64,000 bases of DNA from Anolis carolinensis. Its lineage: Eukaryota. A program made the position numbers and the translations under genes. Below, piece after piece: positions 12,889 through 26,989 of this stretch (position 1 is its first letter; the number at the start of each line of letters is the position of its first letter). The DNA lies in assembly GCF_035594765.1 (NCBI RefSeq), contig NC_085841.1, forward strand, positions 342,869,402 to 342,933,401, written 5' to 3'. Under the pieces are notes generated by a model. It was not told the origin of the DNA and ran no database searches. It was given only the letters and a program-made list of their open reading frames with translations.

Positions 12889-14039
12889 ATTAAATGTTTT
12901 GTTTAGTTTTGTCCTGTACTGTTTTACATATGTACCTTGAATATGAACTGTAAAGGAGCTATCCAAAGCACTGGACTGTTGCCCACATCTACTTTCAGAA
13001 CTTTCGAGAACTCAATTGGAGTTCAGTCTAAAACCTCAGAAAAGACTGACTACCACCATTAACAGGGATGTCCCCAGTCACCACTAGGTGAAGCTGTGAG
13101 AACGTATCTTGTGAGCTCAGGCACAGGACCATATGAGCTGGTGGCAAAACTAAGACTTACAAGCCTGGGATTCCATTTTTAGTTCCTCTAACCATCCACG
13201 CATTCTTGTGTCTCTTTACTAAGCATTCTTCAAATATTACTGTGAAAGATATATTTAAAGTCTTACCGATTGGTGCTTCATAAGCCACATCACTTACTCT
13301 GCTAAAGATGAATTTGGACAGTGCTTGTATGTATGCGGTAAACAAATTATAATATTCTGGGCAAAGTCATCTTCTTACATTTGCTTTTGATGTACCATAT
13401 CCCTCTCTATAAATTGGAGCTAACCGCTTTCATATCTTTGATCTGTACCCACTTTGTAGAATTTTCACCGTCTTTAACACTCTAATTTAGTTCACTGAAA
13501 ATGTCTGTTCTGGGTATTTTTATGTGTTTAAATCTTAGTATTATCAAAATCCTTGTCAAAAACATCACAGTTGTGACCTCCAGGCAGTCTCTGAAGGTAG
13601 CAATTTCAGCAATAACTTTGCTAATTGTATGTTAATGCAGATTTTCAACTTATTTGTTCTCTTACTGTGCCCTCATCACAATTATGGCAGTAAGCATCTC
13701 ATTTTGTAGCCAGCTTGCATTTTTGGCATCTCTAATACTACAAAACCATGTTGGAAATTGAGCGCCTGCATATGTAACTAACAACCTGAATGAGTGGAGA
13801 AGCTAAGGAAATCCAATATTTCTCTCTCTCTCTCTCTCTACCATCGTCTTCTAAGAAAGTTACTTGAAGGTATTATGAGGCTCTGCTTCCTTTTTGCAAT
13901 TTGTCATTTTTGTCATTTGTTGTTGTTCTTACTCATAGAAAGAGAGAACACAGGTCTTTTCCATGATGGCTGTAGGCATGTCCACTCTTTGAAAAGCCAG
14001 CCCTAGAAGGTTTTAGAAAGTAAGTTAAGATTTCTGCCC

Positions 14040-14355
14040 ACATGGTGTAGCAGTTTGGGGGTCAGACTAAAGGCACAACTAAACTGAAAATTAATACAGA
14101 TTGACTAACATAGCTCAATGCGGTGGAATCCTGTATTTCTAGTTTGGTAAGACACCAGCATTCTTTGGCAAAGGAGGCCAAAGAAATGCAAAACTACAGC
14201 TTTCATGATTCCATGGCATTGATCCATGATTCTGCCAGCATGTTAAAGTGGGGTCAAATTACTTAGTTCTAAGTGTAGATAGATACACACTATTGTCAAG
14301 AAAAATCCTTAGGATCACCATAAGTCTGAAATAACATGAAGGCATACAACAACAG
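14040..14355 (+). mobile_element. CORE-like SINE remnant interrupted by a Harbinger-like MITE (about 14070-14285)
   Basis: SINE head CATGGTGTAGCAGTTTG..GACTA and tail CCATAAGTCTGAAATAACATGAAGGCATACAACAAC flank a MITE matching 1562-1785. Confidence 0.6.
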
Positions 14356-15541
14356 CAACTACTACTACTCCTTGCATGAATTTCCACAATTAATTGAAGA
14401 TACATTTCTTTTTAATAATTACCCTCCCTTAGGATATTTACTTTCCTTCATTTGGCAGAAACTCAACACCAACTACTGTTCTGTTATTATATAGACATCC
14501 AATATTTCCTTTAAAAATGACAAAATAACTGATACTGTACTGTTTTCTCTCCTCCCCAACTCCATTGGTAGTAGATGGCATCAATTTCAGTGAAACAGTA
14601 AATCTGCTCTAAATTTTAGTCTGACCCAAAGTGCTGACCCCAGTCCCCATAATAGGCTTAGAATCTTGGATAATATCTTTAAATTTCATACTAAATTCTG
14701 GAATGGATTGGCTATCTTCACTGATGCTGTAGCTATTTAGCAAGAGAGTCTCTCCCCCAACCAGTCTGTAACTTGTGACTCATTTGAGATTTGCCAACTT
14801 CAGATTTTACCACTAAACCAGAAATGCTGGGGCTTTATTTTAGTTTATGGATGCTTCATTTGCCAAAGTGTATATGTGCGTCTGAAGTAGAAAAAATAAA
14901 ACTTCTTTCAGGGGAAAAATTGTTTCTATTTGTCTGTTGGCCCCAACCCACTTTTTGTCATGCTTATGCTTGTTGCAGAATATTAATGCTGTGCCTTAAC
15001 TCAGGACAGATTTCATTTCCATTCTTAAACCACATTGACTTGATGTTTTCAGTTGGTTTGTGTATCCTGACAGTGGCAGCTGGCAAAGCACTTCACTAAC
15101 TGGAACCAACAGCTTCTGTTGTGGGTCAACTGGGGGAAATTACAGAAACCAATGGAACATAGCACTGGAGGCAAGGACCATATTGGCTAGAGTAAGTATT
15201 TGCATTCTCATATACATCATGCAACTATAGATGAGGTTTTAGGTAGGCTGGCTAGCCCTTATCCCTACCATATACCCCCACATATGAAAAGGGTTTGAAG
15301 GCTCCCCTCTTGATGAAAAACTCCTGATATGCAGATGACTCACTGTTTCACAAGGAATTGATTGTCAATACCTTTATAATATTTCTGCAGATTTTGGGAG
15401 CAAACTTTAGACATTTCATTCTTGGGGCAAAGGATGGGATAACTGTCTTCAAAGGGCCACTGGTGGGGTGGTGAATCCATTCCAGGTTTCAACCTGAATA
15501 TTTAAAGAAGCAAGTTTAGGGTCTGAATCCTATCCACAAAA

Positions 15542-15695
15542 TAGTGGTTCCCAAACTTCTTACTGTTCTCAAACTTTGATCCACCAAATATTTTGAACTT
15601 CAGCTCCCAGAATTCCTGGTTGTTAACCAAGCTGGCTAAGGTTTCTTGAAGTTGAAGTCCAAAACACCTGGATGATCATACTTTGGGAACCACAG
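15542..15695. mobile_element. hAT-type hairpin MITE
   Basis: TAGTGGTTCCCAAAC / CTTTGGGAACCACAG termini; body like 2002-2136. Confidence 0.8.
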
Positions 15696-17193
15696 CATTA
15701 GATGTTTCCTTTAACATTCTGGGAATTGATTCACCACCTCACATGGGATCCACCAGTTTCCACTGCCCTCTTCAGCTGAACTAGTAGCTGTAATTGCGGT
15801 GATGGAGCAGCATCTTCCACAGCATCTGAAACAGCTGGCCATTTTAGGGAACTCTAGACTGGTAAAAGAAGCAATCACAACTCTATGTTCAAAAAGAGAA
15901 AAGGGAGAGAGAGAGAAAGGAGAGAGGGGGGGAGGGAGAATCAGGAGTCAGATCTTAAATCTCCTCCCTAGTGTATGCTTCCAGAGGTGGTAAACCATAC
16001 AGAGTTCTTGCAAACTTTGACTGACTTAAATTACTCCATTGACTTAAACCAAAACAGAGGCATGAAACTACCTTGTGCTCTTAATTAGGCATTACCTCTC
16101 AACCTGGCTAACATTGACGATCCTCTGCCAGAAATGCAAAGAAGAACCATTAGGTAAGGAAACATGGTTGATGGGTTTCTAATTAGCCTGGGTAAAAAGT
16201 GGAGTTGTGCAGTGCTGGATGAATTTACACCATGTTCATTTGGATCCAAACAGGCAGATATGTTCTCTGGAGTGTGTTGATTGGCAGCCATCTCAGCTTC
16301 TAACTACAGCCTTTCTACAAAGTTTGCCATGGCTGATTCTACACTGATAAGGCCACATGGTACTCCTGTCTAGACACATTTACGGGAATGAAAAATGCAT
16401 AACTGGAACGTACTGAATCTGTTTTCCTCTCTGCAATTTCTTTTGGCAGCCTCTAGCACCCTGCCCCATGGAGTACACTTCGAAAGCTCCACTGTAGCAC
16501 TTTCCCAACAATAATGATCCACTTGAAATCAGAAACAACCATCTCTTGCCTTTGGCTTCTTGACAAGTGCCAATAGAAAGAAGGTGGCTTTAGTATGCCT
16601 CCAGATCTATGGGAATGAATGACAAACAGGCAGTATTCCAGTTTATAAGACCTTTTGGTCCACAGATTCTCTCCATCCAGATGCTGAAGCCTGACCAGAG
16701 CCCTTCCTCCTCCCATCTACCCCATTGCTTTGAAGTCTACCCCATCAAAGCAAGGCTAGTCTCAAAGATTTCCTGCTCAGGCAAAGGCAAATTGGCACCT
16801 TTTCATTGTCTATATATATATAGAAGTTAATTGGAATGAGTCTAACATTCCTTTGCTATTACTGATGGGACATAAATAACTCTGTATTGGGTGTGGGGGA
16901 GAGGGCAAAACAAATTGTGTGGTATTCACACCAGTGTTCTCTCTCTCAGAGCCCAGGAGGAATAGCTGAGAGGCTACACTGCTCTTCAGAATCTGCTGCC
17001 TGAATCACTTGCCTCATTTAGAATAATGGTAGGTCCAGCCCTGAAGGAAGCAGTATAGGGAGACAGATATATTGACAGCCATTCCCTCAAAAAGCCTTGG
17101 AAGATGTTTCCCAGAATTATCACCTGCCTATACTGTCAACAAAACAAGGCAAATCAGCTCTATTTGAAGCTGCTAATGATGACTTTCTAATGC

Positions 17194-19393
17194 TAAAACT
17201 AAGACAAGTCAAACACGCATTCTGGACTTTAAGAGAGCTGACTTCCAAAAAATGAAGGAATTACTGAGCGGCATTCCATGGATGCCAGTATTAAAAAACA
17301 AGGGAGTCAAAGATGGATGGGAGTTTTTCAAAAGTGAAATACTCAAGGCGCAAATGCAAACAGTGCCAACAAAGAAGAAAAATAACACAAGTGCAAAGAA
17401 GCCAGAATGGATGTCCAAAGAACTTCTAACTGAGCTAAGACTCAAAAGAGACATGCACAAGAAGTGGAAAAGGGGAGAAATCACCAAAGAAGAATTCAAA
17501 CGTATAGCCAACTCCTGTAGGGAAAAGGTTCGCAAGGCTAAAACGCAAAATGAGCTCAGGCTTGCCAGGGACATAAAAAACAACAAAAAAGGCTTTTTTG
17601 CTTACATTGGTAGAAAAAGGAAGAACAAGGAGGTGATAGGGCCACTGCAAGGAGAAGATGGGGTGATGGTGACAAGGGACAGGGAAAAGGCAGAACTACT
17701 TAATGCCTTCTTTGCCTTGGTCTTCTCACAAAAAGAAAGCCATCTTCAACCTCAGCAACCTGGAATGGACGAAGGATTGGGGGAAATCCAACCCCAAATA
17801 GGGAAACAAGTTGTCCAGGAACACCTGGCCTCTCTAAACGAATTCAAGTCCCCAGGGCCAGATCAGCTACATCCAAGAGTATTGAAGGAACTAGCGGAAG
17901 TTATTTCAGAACCACTGGCGATCATCTTCGAGAGTTCTTGGAGAACAGGAGAAGTCCTAGCAGATTGGAGGAGGGCGAATGTGGTCCCTAACTTCAAGAA
18001 GGGAAAAAAAGAACGACCCAAACAATTACCGTCTGGTCAGCCTCACATCGATACCAGGCAAGATTCTGGAAAAGATCATTAAGGAAGTGGTCTGCGAACA
18101 CTTAGAAACAAATGCGGTCATTGCTAATAGTCAACATGGATTTACCAAAAACAAGTCATGCCAGACTAATCTGATCTCTTTTTTCGATAGAGTTACGAGT
18201 TGGGTCGATACAGGGAATGCTGTGGATGTAGCGTACCTGGATTTCAGTAAGCCCTTCGACAAAGTCCCCCACGACCTTCTGGCAAACAAACTAGTAAAAT
18301 GTGGGCTAGACAAAGCTACAGTTAGGTGGATCTGTAATTGGCTAAGCGAACAAACCCAAAGGGTGCTCAGCAATACGTCGTCTTCATCATGGAAAGAAGT
18401 GACAAGTGGAGTGCCGCAGGGCTCCGTCCTGGGCCCGGTTCTGTTCAACATCTTTATTAACGACTTAGACGAAGGGTTAGAAGGCACAATCATCAAGTTT
18501 GCAGACGACACCAAACTGGGAGGGATAGCTAACACTCCAGAAGACAGGAGCAGAATTCAAAATGATCTTAACAGACTAGAGAGATGGGCCGAAACTAACA
18601 AAATGAAGTTCAACAGGGACAAATGCAAGATACTTCACTTCGGCAGAAAAAATGGAATGCAAAGATACAGAATGGGGGACGCCTGGCTTGACAGCAGTGT
18701 GTGCGAAAAAGACCTTGGAGTCCTCGTGGACAACAAGTTAAACATGAGCCAACAATGTGATGCAGCAGCTAAAAAAGCCAATGGGATTCTGGCCTGCATC
18801 AATAGGGGAATAGCGTCTAGATCCAGGGAAGTCATGCTACCCCTCTATTCTGCCTTGGTCAGACCACACCTGGAATACTGTGTCCAATTTTGGGCACCAC
18901 AGATGAAGGGAGATGTTGACAAGCTGGAAGGCGTCCAGAGGAGGGCGACTAAAATGATTAAGGGTCTGGAGAACAAGCCCTATGAGGAGTGGCTTAAAGA
19001 GCTGGGCATGTTTAGCCTGCAGAAGAGAAGGCTGAGAGGAGACATGATAGCCATGTACAAATACATGAAGGGAACTCATAGGGAGGAGGGAGCAAGCTTG
19101 TTTTCTGCTGCCCTGCAGACTAGGACACGGAACAATGGCTTCAAACTACAGGAAAGGAGATTCCACCTGAACATCAGGAAGAACTTCCTCACAGTGAGGG
19201 CTGTTCGACAGTGGAACTCTCTCCCCTGGGCTGTGGTGGAGGCTCCTTCTTTGGAGGCTTTTAAGCAGAGACTGGATGGCCATCTGTCGGGGGTGCTTTG
19301 AATGCGATTTCCTGCTTCTTAGCGGGGGGTTGGACTAGATGGCCCATGAGGTCTCTTCCAACTCTACTATTCTATGATTCTATGATTCTATGA
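17194..19393 (+). mobile_element. CR1 LINE, 5'-truncated, young
   Basis: RT ORF, CR1 3'UTR and (ATTCTATG)n tail at about 19369-19392. Confidence 0.97.
17252..19301 (+). pseudogene. CR1 ORF2 (linker plus reverse transcriptase), one frameshift near the A-run at 18004-18010
   Basis: ORFs 17252-18082 and 17979-19301 join: [49 protein letters not shown]; endonuclease domain missing. Confidence 0.95.
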
Positions 19394-21244
19394 ATATGTG
19401 GGACCCTTAAGTGTCAGATCCCAAAGGCACCATCCCATATGTTTGCTTCTGCTCAACTATTCCCTGATCAACAATGTAGGTGTGAAGCAAAGCAGGGAGA
19501 TTGAGAAAATGAAGGTTTAAATCTCCATTTCCCATTTTCTGTCCCTACTTCTAAACCACTGCTCAACTCAACAGTGCCAAAGGATGGTATGTGGGAAATT
19601 GTGCAAAGAACCCCTATAACTAACCCTCTTTCCAGTTACAAGTATGTACATGTTGTATATGTGTATATATGTGTGTACATGTTTGGTGTCCATCAATGTG
19701 TTCATGTCTTACATTGTATACAATAACCGTTGGTGGAGCCCATGTCATGAAGTAGTGTGAATATGGGATGGGGGCTACCTTGGGTACTAAGCTTTTTGAG
19801 TTTTGAGTTTTGGGATTCAGAACCCTGGATAACTTCCAGAAGTTGTAGTTCAGAAAGTCAAAATACCAAAGGTCTGGAAACATATAACCTCTATTTTTGC
19901 CAACCTCTGGCACAGGAAAGTAAAATGATGACATTTCAAACATCAAATCCAATCCTGTACTTCTAAAGTATTCCTGGGAGTTTTTGGAAGCTTATGAAAT
20001 TTTTCTCAAGAAGATGTTTGGAAAAAGCCACAAACCTCCCTACAAGTTGTCTTGCATGCTAACACATGCAGGATTTTTCAAACTACATTACTTTATAATT
20101 AAATCCACTTCCATTCTTTTCAGATATTCCACAAATAAAGGCCTTTTAAAAAAATCTCAGATCTGTCTGTTAATAAATGTTAGCGTAACAATTTCTGCTA
20201 CTTCCAGTACTTTCTTTTGGCAATCTACACTTGAGGGTTATCAACACTTTCCTGATATTTAGCACAAACTATTTGTGCTGTTGTCACCATCTGCCACATT
20301 AACCTTCCATATGAAAACCACACAGTTTTTTAAAATCTTTTCACAGTTCAGCACTTATTTCACACAAAATTCTCACATATTTGCTTTTCACTGAAAACAC
20401 ATTTGTGTGTGCAAAAAAAGAATTTCCTATGCAGAAAATGCAATTTCTGTGCAAAACAGCCATCCATAATTCCCATAAGAATCCTATCATTTCAGAATTC
20501 TTCAGGGTTTTCATCTGTCCCAACATGGGTTTTTAATTTTAAAAATATTTAAATATTTTTCCATCCTCTGTTTAATATAAATCTCACCATTTTAAATACA
20601 GATGGATTCTTTCCTTGGACAGTTTTTTTTCACTCTGGAGGAAAAGATGGTTGGGAGCATCCCCATATTAATTCCATAGCTGGGGACAATACATTTGGTA
20701 ACATTTAGCTAATAGGTTTATGGTGGAATTTTCACTTGTTCTAAAAAAACATTTTGGCTGGAGGTTCAGGTATTTTCACTGCTACACTTTGCAAAGAAAT
20801 AGTCTGGTGATAAGGATATGTTTATTTAAATTATTTTCATTTAGGAATAAGTAATCAACATATAAAGAGTTATATGCTTTTAGTTGGAGGTTAATTCAAT
20901 ATGTTTAACGTTTTCTTTGTTTGGCATATGCTTTATTACTGTGTGCGGTTTTGTTTAGTTCTGTTTATTTTGTTATAGTTATTTCTTTGAATTTAATAAA
21001 ACATTTTTAAAAGCTGTAGTTTTCAAAGTCTTTCTTGAAAGAAGAAGAAAATTGTGAAAATTGCTCATTACATTTTTTGAGAGAAATTAGTTCTGAATTA
21101 CATCCCTAATATTAAATCATTCAAACATCCTACTCTTTATTGCACCCTGTATACAAAATGAAATGTGGTTCAGAACCATACCTCATGTTTCCCACCATAA
21201 CCCTCATAACAAAATCATTTAAAGGTCTGCTGTTGCAAAAAAAT

Positions 21245-21385
21245 TTCTGAGTCAGGAGTGACTTGAGAAACTGCAAGACACTTCTTGTGTGAGAGAATTA
21301 GCTGTCTGCAAGGATGTTGCTCAGGGGGCACCCAGATGCTTGATGTTTTACCGTCCTGTGGGAGGCTTCTCTCATGTCCCATTGC
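21245..21385 (-). mobile_element. 3' part of a tRNA SINE (family of 49969-50241, possibly Vingi-mobilised)
   Basis: GTCAGGAGTGACTTGAGAAACTGCAAG..GGGAGGCTTCTCTCATGTCCC. Confidence 0.75.
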
Positions 21386-21950
21386 AATGCATGCCTCCTA
21401 CCTTTTTAGATGGAAGGTTCAATAAAATGCCATCGGACCAAAGATTCTGCATCTGTGAATCTGGTGAAGTCAATGATATCTCTCCCTGTTTATTGAGATG
21501 GCCATCGTATAATTCCCCAAGGCACACATTTCTTGTCTACATCCTCTGCTCTTCGGCATTCATATCCTCCTTGAATCAGAATGGTATATATTGCAAAGAG
21601 AAAGCAATATTTTTGTTACTATCGAGATTGCTGATCTTGGCTTGGTTGCTAGAAAGCTGTGAGTTAAGAACTGAAAAAAAATAATGTAAATAGAACATTC
21701 CTTGCCTTTTTAAAGCTTTCTATACTGATGGAAAGGGTCTCTGAATATTAGTATTTCTTAAGCACTAGAAAGAAAAGTCTTGCAAATGTTTAATTTTAGT
21801 TACCTTTAAGAATTTCAGTTTTTTAAGGAATGACTGATGTTTGATAAATGAAAACAACACAGTAAGTTAATTTTGTAGTTTGCTTTTTATGTGTGTTTTT
21901 CTTTTATGTACAAAATTGTGAGGGCCTACAGCTACAAACAATAAAGTTTA
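21386..21950 (+). mobile_element. Non-LTR retrotransposon 3' fragment (RTE-X-like zinc knuckle)
   Basis: DGRFNKMPSDQRFCICESGEVNDISPCLLRWPSYNSPR is a decayed CxC..H...C knuckle; AT-rich 3'UTR ending AATAAA. Confidence 0.6.
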
Positions 21951-22573
21951 CATGACATGACACTGAGGCAACCATCAGAGCAGAAAGTTTGAAAGCCGTT
22001 GATCTGATTTTGTTATAGCTGAGAAATTTTCTTTGTTGGAATGGGAACTCGAAATGGAATAGCATATTTGAATCTGAAAACATTTACTTAGCTATTGAGC
22101 AACTGCGGCTGAATATATATGTAGCTTTTTTCAAATGAATTGGTTTGGCAACATATGGAGCTCTCCCATGCAAAACAAATTTAAAAAGCCAGCGGGATCC
22201 TCCATTCCTTACTCTCTTCATGATGTTTTGCCTAATGTAATGAATATCAGCAATTCTTCTACCTAGCACCTATTATTGCTCAGAGGGAACATTTGTTTCA
22301 TACTCACATCAGAGCGGTCATCAATCTTAATGGCCTAACTGCAGGCAAAATAACATATTCAAAGGATATTTTTCAGAAGGGGGATTTTCTTCAGAACATC
22401 TACAGCATCTGACTTCTATACATCAACTGTTTTGTTTCAAGAGTTGAGAAAAGCTGCTTTTTAGACTACAATTCTCACATTTCCTCAGTATGCATGGTAA
22501 GTTTGGGGAGTTGTAGTACAAAAAAGTAACTTTTCCATGCTGTTTCCTTTTTATTATGATGTGTGACAGATTA

Positions 22574-22653
22574 CAATCAGCTCTCTCTATCCACAGAATC
22601 TGCATCCACAGTTTAAAAATATTCCAAAAATAAAATTCTAAAAAGCAAACTGT

Positions 22654-22700
<47 letters not shown>

Positions 22701-22833
22701 TATATATATGCCATTTCATATAAGGGAGACAATTTTATTACACCGTTATAGATAATGGAACTTAAACATCAATGGATTACAATATCCATGTGGGGTTACG
22801 AATCAAATCCCAGCATATACCAAGGGCACTCTG
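22574..22833. mobile_element. Tigger/MER2-like MITE containing a (TA)n run at about 22656-22709
   Basis: TA-CAATCAGCTCTCTCTATCCACAG...ATACCAAGGGCACTCTG-TA. Confidence 0.65.
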
Positions 22834-23370
22834 TACTAATGAACTGGGGGAGTTCAGCTTACAGATGGAAAGAGTATTCAAAAATAATCAAAAACATATT
22901 TCATGAGTGTCAGGAAATCTTGGTGAGGAGAATTTTGAATTGGCATGAATTTCTGGAGTTCAGGACAAACCGTTTTTCATTGCAAAATAGTTGCATTATC
23001 TTTTTAGGGTGACAAAACTAGTATTTTTGTTTTACTCACATAAAGTTGCAGCTTGGGGGGGAGAGGCAATTGAGCAAGCGAGTTCACCCTCCCAATCGCC
23101 TCTCCCTTTCGGCTACAAAGGCTTGGCGTTTCCAGAAACTATGCAATGTTCAAACATTTCCTTGCAATGGGAAGAAATTTGCTAAAATTACTTGTTGCTT
23201 CCTTTGAAAAGCAAAAATTAAACACTTACATCCTTACTTCAATTAGTTCTGAATATAGTAGTCAAATCTATTGAATGGAAGTGGTGTTGAACATTAGTTG
23301 ATAAGCAGCCATGTCTTTGTGTGTTCCGAGGATCCACAAAAAGAATAATGAGTCATTACAACACTTCACC

Positions 23371-23706
23371 AGGGGCCCCTGGTGGCACAGTGTGTTAAAG
23401 CACTGAGCTGCTGAACTTGCGGACCAAAAGGTGCCAGGTTCGAATCCCGGGAGCAGAATGAGTGCCAGCTGTTAGCCCCAGCTCCTGCCAACCTAGCAGT
23501 TCGAAAAAATGCAAATGTGAGTAGATCAATAGGTACTGCTCTGGCGGGAAGGTAACGGCACTCCATGCAGTCATGCCGGCCACATGACCTTGGAGGTGTC
23601 TACAGACAACGCTGGCTCTTCGGCTTAGAAATGGAGATGAGCACCAACCCCCAGAGTCGGTCACGACTGGACTTATCATCAGGGGAAAACCTTTACCTTT
23701 ACCTTT
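23371..23706 (+). mobile_element. Sauria SINE, full length
   Basis: A/B boxes (GGTGGCACAGTG, GGTTCGAATCCC), (ACCTTT)3 tail, perfect 14-bp TSD TTACAACACTTCAC at 23356-23369 and 23707-23720. Confidence 0.96.
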
Positions 23707-24555
23707 TTACAACACTTCACATGCCACAAGTGAAATTATAGAACTACCTAAGAAACTAAGGAGAGAGAGAAAAGTGATGCAATGTATCCCTTGGGCCATT
23801 CATCAATGACTCATTAGGGGAGTGTCAGATTTAGAACTCCGAAACCTAAGGGTTTTTTCCAAGCTTCTGTTTATCATTATTGTTGTGTGGATTCAACTGC
23901 ACACTTTAAGCGAGTAGCCCGCAGAATGTTGGCATGGATCTTGTTGAGAAGAGGACAAAGTCTGTTGTTTAAAAAGAAAACAAGAAATTGTGTGGACTAA
24001 CAAGCAACAAAAATAAAACATTTTGCAGTACAATTCAAGGCATTTACACAAAAGGAAGTCCAGCTGAGTTCACAGTCATTTCCTCCCAAATAATTATGTA
24101 TAACAGAACAGGGAACCCCATGTTTCAATAGTAATGTATAGCATTCAGCCTGTTTTACTCTGTAAACTCCACCTTCTTTGGAAAAAACTATATCTGACAC
24201 ATTAATGGCTTTATTTCACACCCAATACTAGCATGTGGTCCCCATCACACTGCCCCACGTGATTGTAGTCTTTGACAGATAAAATGTTTTACCTGGCCCA
24301 AAAGCTGTTTACAGTAAAAAAAAAAAAATTCCAGGCAAAGCTAGATATTTGGGAACTTCAGGGAAGCTGCCCTAAAGGACAGAATTTTTCCAAATGGAGT
24401 TTATGAGATTTATAATTTTGTTTCCAAAAAATCCCTTATGTCAAATGGAATGCAGACACACACATATTCCCAGCATGTGCTCTTATACATGTCTACTTAG
24501 AAGTAAGGATAATTAAATCCAATGCAATTTCCTTCCCAGAGGATGTACAGAGGAC

Positions 24556-25115
24556 CAGGCTTGTGCAATTCAGCTGGAGGGCAATCTGTTTTTGGTATTT
24601 GAATTTCTTTGGGTACCAGATCCATTTTCGGGAGCCTCCCAAATTTCAGCTAATTGAAAAATTGATTTTCGGCTAGGTAGCCAAAAGATCTGGGAAGATC
24701 TGGCCGATTGGCAGCAATGGGGAACTACGAGGCTCCCCTTTCCATTCCTGGGACCCTTCCCTTTCTTCCTTTCAAGAGGGCCTGAGTTTGAGGAACAGGG
24801 TTAAGGAAACATTCTTCCATCTCTAGAACCAGGGTGCAACTGAGAGCAATTAAGTCGCTCGCTCCATTAAATAGACATAGCTTGCGTAAGACAACTTGCA
24901 GCGTTCTTCTATTCTGATTGGCCCAACAGGCAGGGCTCACAGGGCCTCTTCGCTCACCACGTGATACTGAATAAGAAAGGAGGAGCTGTGACCGGCTGTC
25001 ACGTGGCCTGTTTCAGCTGGAAAAGCATAATGGCTGAGCCCTTGCCATTACAGCCAGCCAAACAAACTGGATTGGCTGAAGGGAACCGACCAAACCAAAT
25101 TTGTGCACAAGCCTA
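24556..25115. mobile_element. Non-autonomous hAT element (TAGGCTTGTGCA-type TIR)
   Basis: TIR CAGGCTTGTGCA / TGCACAAGCCTA; 8-bp TSD CAGAGGAC / CAGAGGAG. Confidence 0.85.
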
Positions 25116-26917
25116 CAGAGGAGTGTTGTATGACTCAAGCAAGTTTTAACTTGGAATCCAAAACATCCTTTCTCCCTCTCAAACCCATTTTTTTATATAT
25201 TGTGTGAGGTTCTGGACATCTGTCAACCATCTGAATTCCCATGACTGAAATGAAGCCAGCAGACATCTCTAGAAACTTTCCCAAGAATGATATATTAAAG
25301 TTTATAAAACAAAAATCTAAATCAGCCACTTCTGCTGTTAGCATTAATCACATATGTAGAACATTGAAACCTTCCATATCTTGTTGTACTGACTTTATTT
25401 AGAACATTTATACCATGCTCTTCAGCCAAAAAAGCTCCCAGAGAGACATAAAAATAGTTAATTCTTTGCCTCTGCTTTACAATATAAAAAGACAGGAAAC
25501 GCCATTAAAAGGGGATGTCAATGGGTGAAGGGGATTAAATCCAACACATTCTAGTTGTTCTTCCCTCTGTAAGAGACCAGAGCACTGACAGTTGTGATGA
25601 AGGGAGGACCTTTTTTCAACCACTAGAATAGCACTGTGTCTGGCTGCTCTTCTCTCCCTCTGACACTGGAGTAATGGCAATTGTGATGGAGGTAAGGATA
25701 TTCACCAGCTTCTGGACTCAAGGCATGATCATGCTGCATTTGCCTATTGTTTTTGCCCTTCGAGACCAAAGCAATAGCAAACACAGTCAAAACATGTCAT
25801 GAACCCTTTGTTTCGACTATATTTACCCTGGAAGCACTGGAGGATATAGTGAGGCCCACAAACATTTTGGGGAGAACATTTTTAGGAATGTGGGCAAGTG
25901 AAACTATGGATATCGAATTTATGCATGAAGGGATCGTACTGTATTATTACAGACTGTTTAGTTAAGTTTAACCCATATTTTTTAAAAAATAAAAAACTCA
26001 GAAAACCTTCAATTTATTTGAAAATGAAATACAATAAAAAAAGGAGAGGATAGCAGTGGCTGTTATAATAAAGATGCAGCCTGCAGAACATCTACATGCA
26101 ATTCATTCTCATCCAGATGGGAGTTCATTTCCTAATTCACTTTGATTCCATTTCATTTTTTAACAAGGTGATGGAGGGCAGAGGTTAACTAGGAATGCAA
26201 CAGGAAATGGAACAACAAATAAAAGCCCCTAAACAAAAAACAAAATAATAACCCTTCCTTTTTTCTGTAATTTGATCATTTATTGCTTCATTTAGAAAGA
26301 CGAGATGGCAAGCAGGATTTGGTTACATAACCTGTGCCCAGCAAAGGCTTGTTGGATGGGTGCCAAGGACTTCCCTGCTAATACCAATAGGGAGGAGTGG
26401 GTTTTCTAATACAACACCTCCCTTGATCCCCACTCTCAGGCTATAAAATCCTTCTAAGAACAAAACAGATTCTCAAATCCCTTCAGAACATATCCTTACC
26501 TTTAATTCCAACCACAGGGGAAGAGACGAGCTGGGGGAAATCTTGTGGAATTTCTTTGGCTTCTATCTAAGATACCCACTCCAACATTGCAGAGAAGTCA
26601 CTTTTTTATTTATAACTCTTGAAGATTCCCCCAGCCAACACCATAAAAATTCTATGGATTCTGGGAAATAACTTTTCAAGCTCTGTAGATGTACCAGTAA
26701 TCTATCTGCTGCAAGCCCTTCTAACCATTTATGTTGGACTCTAGTTCCCATCATTCTTTAAAAATGTCAGGAGGAACTTCTTTTTCATGTAGTGAGTCAA
26801 TCCACCCCAGCTGAATTTTATCAGTTGGCATAAACAATGAACAAATCCCTTCAAGCATTTTGTACACACCATTAAGCCTCAATAACTGAAATGTATCACA
26901 TGAAAAGTGACCAAATA

Positions 26918-26989
26918 CAGTAGAGTCTCACTTATCCAACATAAACAGGCTGGCAGATAAGCGAGTGTTGGATAAGTGAGACTCTACTG
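26918..26989. mobile_element. 72-bp Tigger-type mini-MITE
   Basis: Perfect 24-bp TIR CAGTAGAGTCTCACTTATCCAACA, 24-bp spacer, TA TSD. Confidence 0.93.

Noticed and set aside
15053-16153. Possible plus-strand exons (about 15053-15191 and 16089-16153) bounded by AG and GTAAG
   Set aside because: Translations resemble no protein I recognise, and such sites occur by chance; RNA-seq would be needed
17252-19301. Active or programmed-frameshift CR1
   Set aside because: 5'-truncated with no endonuclease; the frameshift sits at a homopolymer and is best explained as mutation or sequencing error
23371-23460. tRNA gene
   Set aside because: The A/B boxes belong to a SINE head; no cloverleaf
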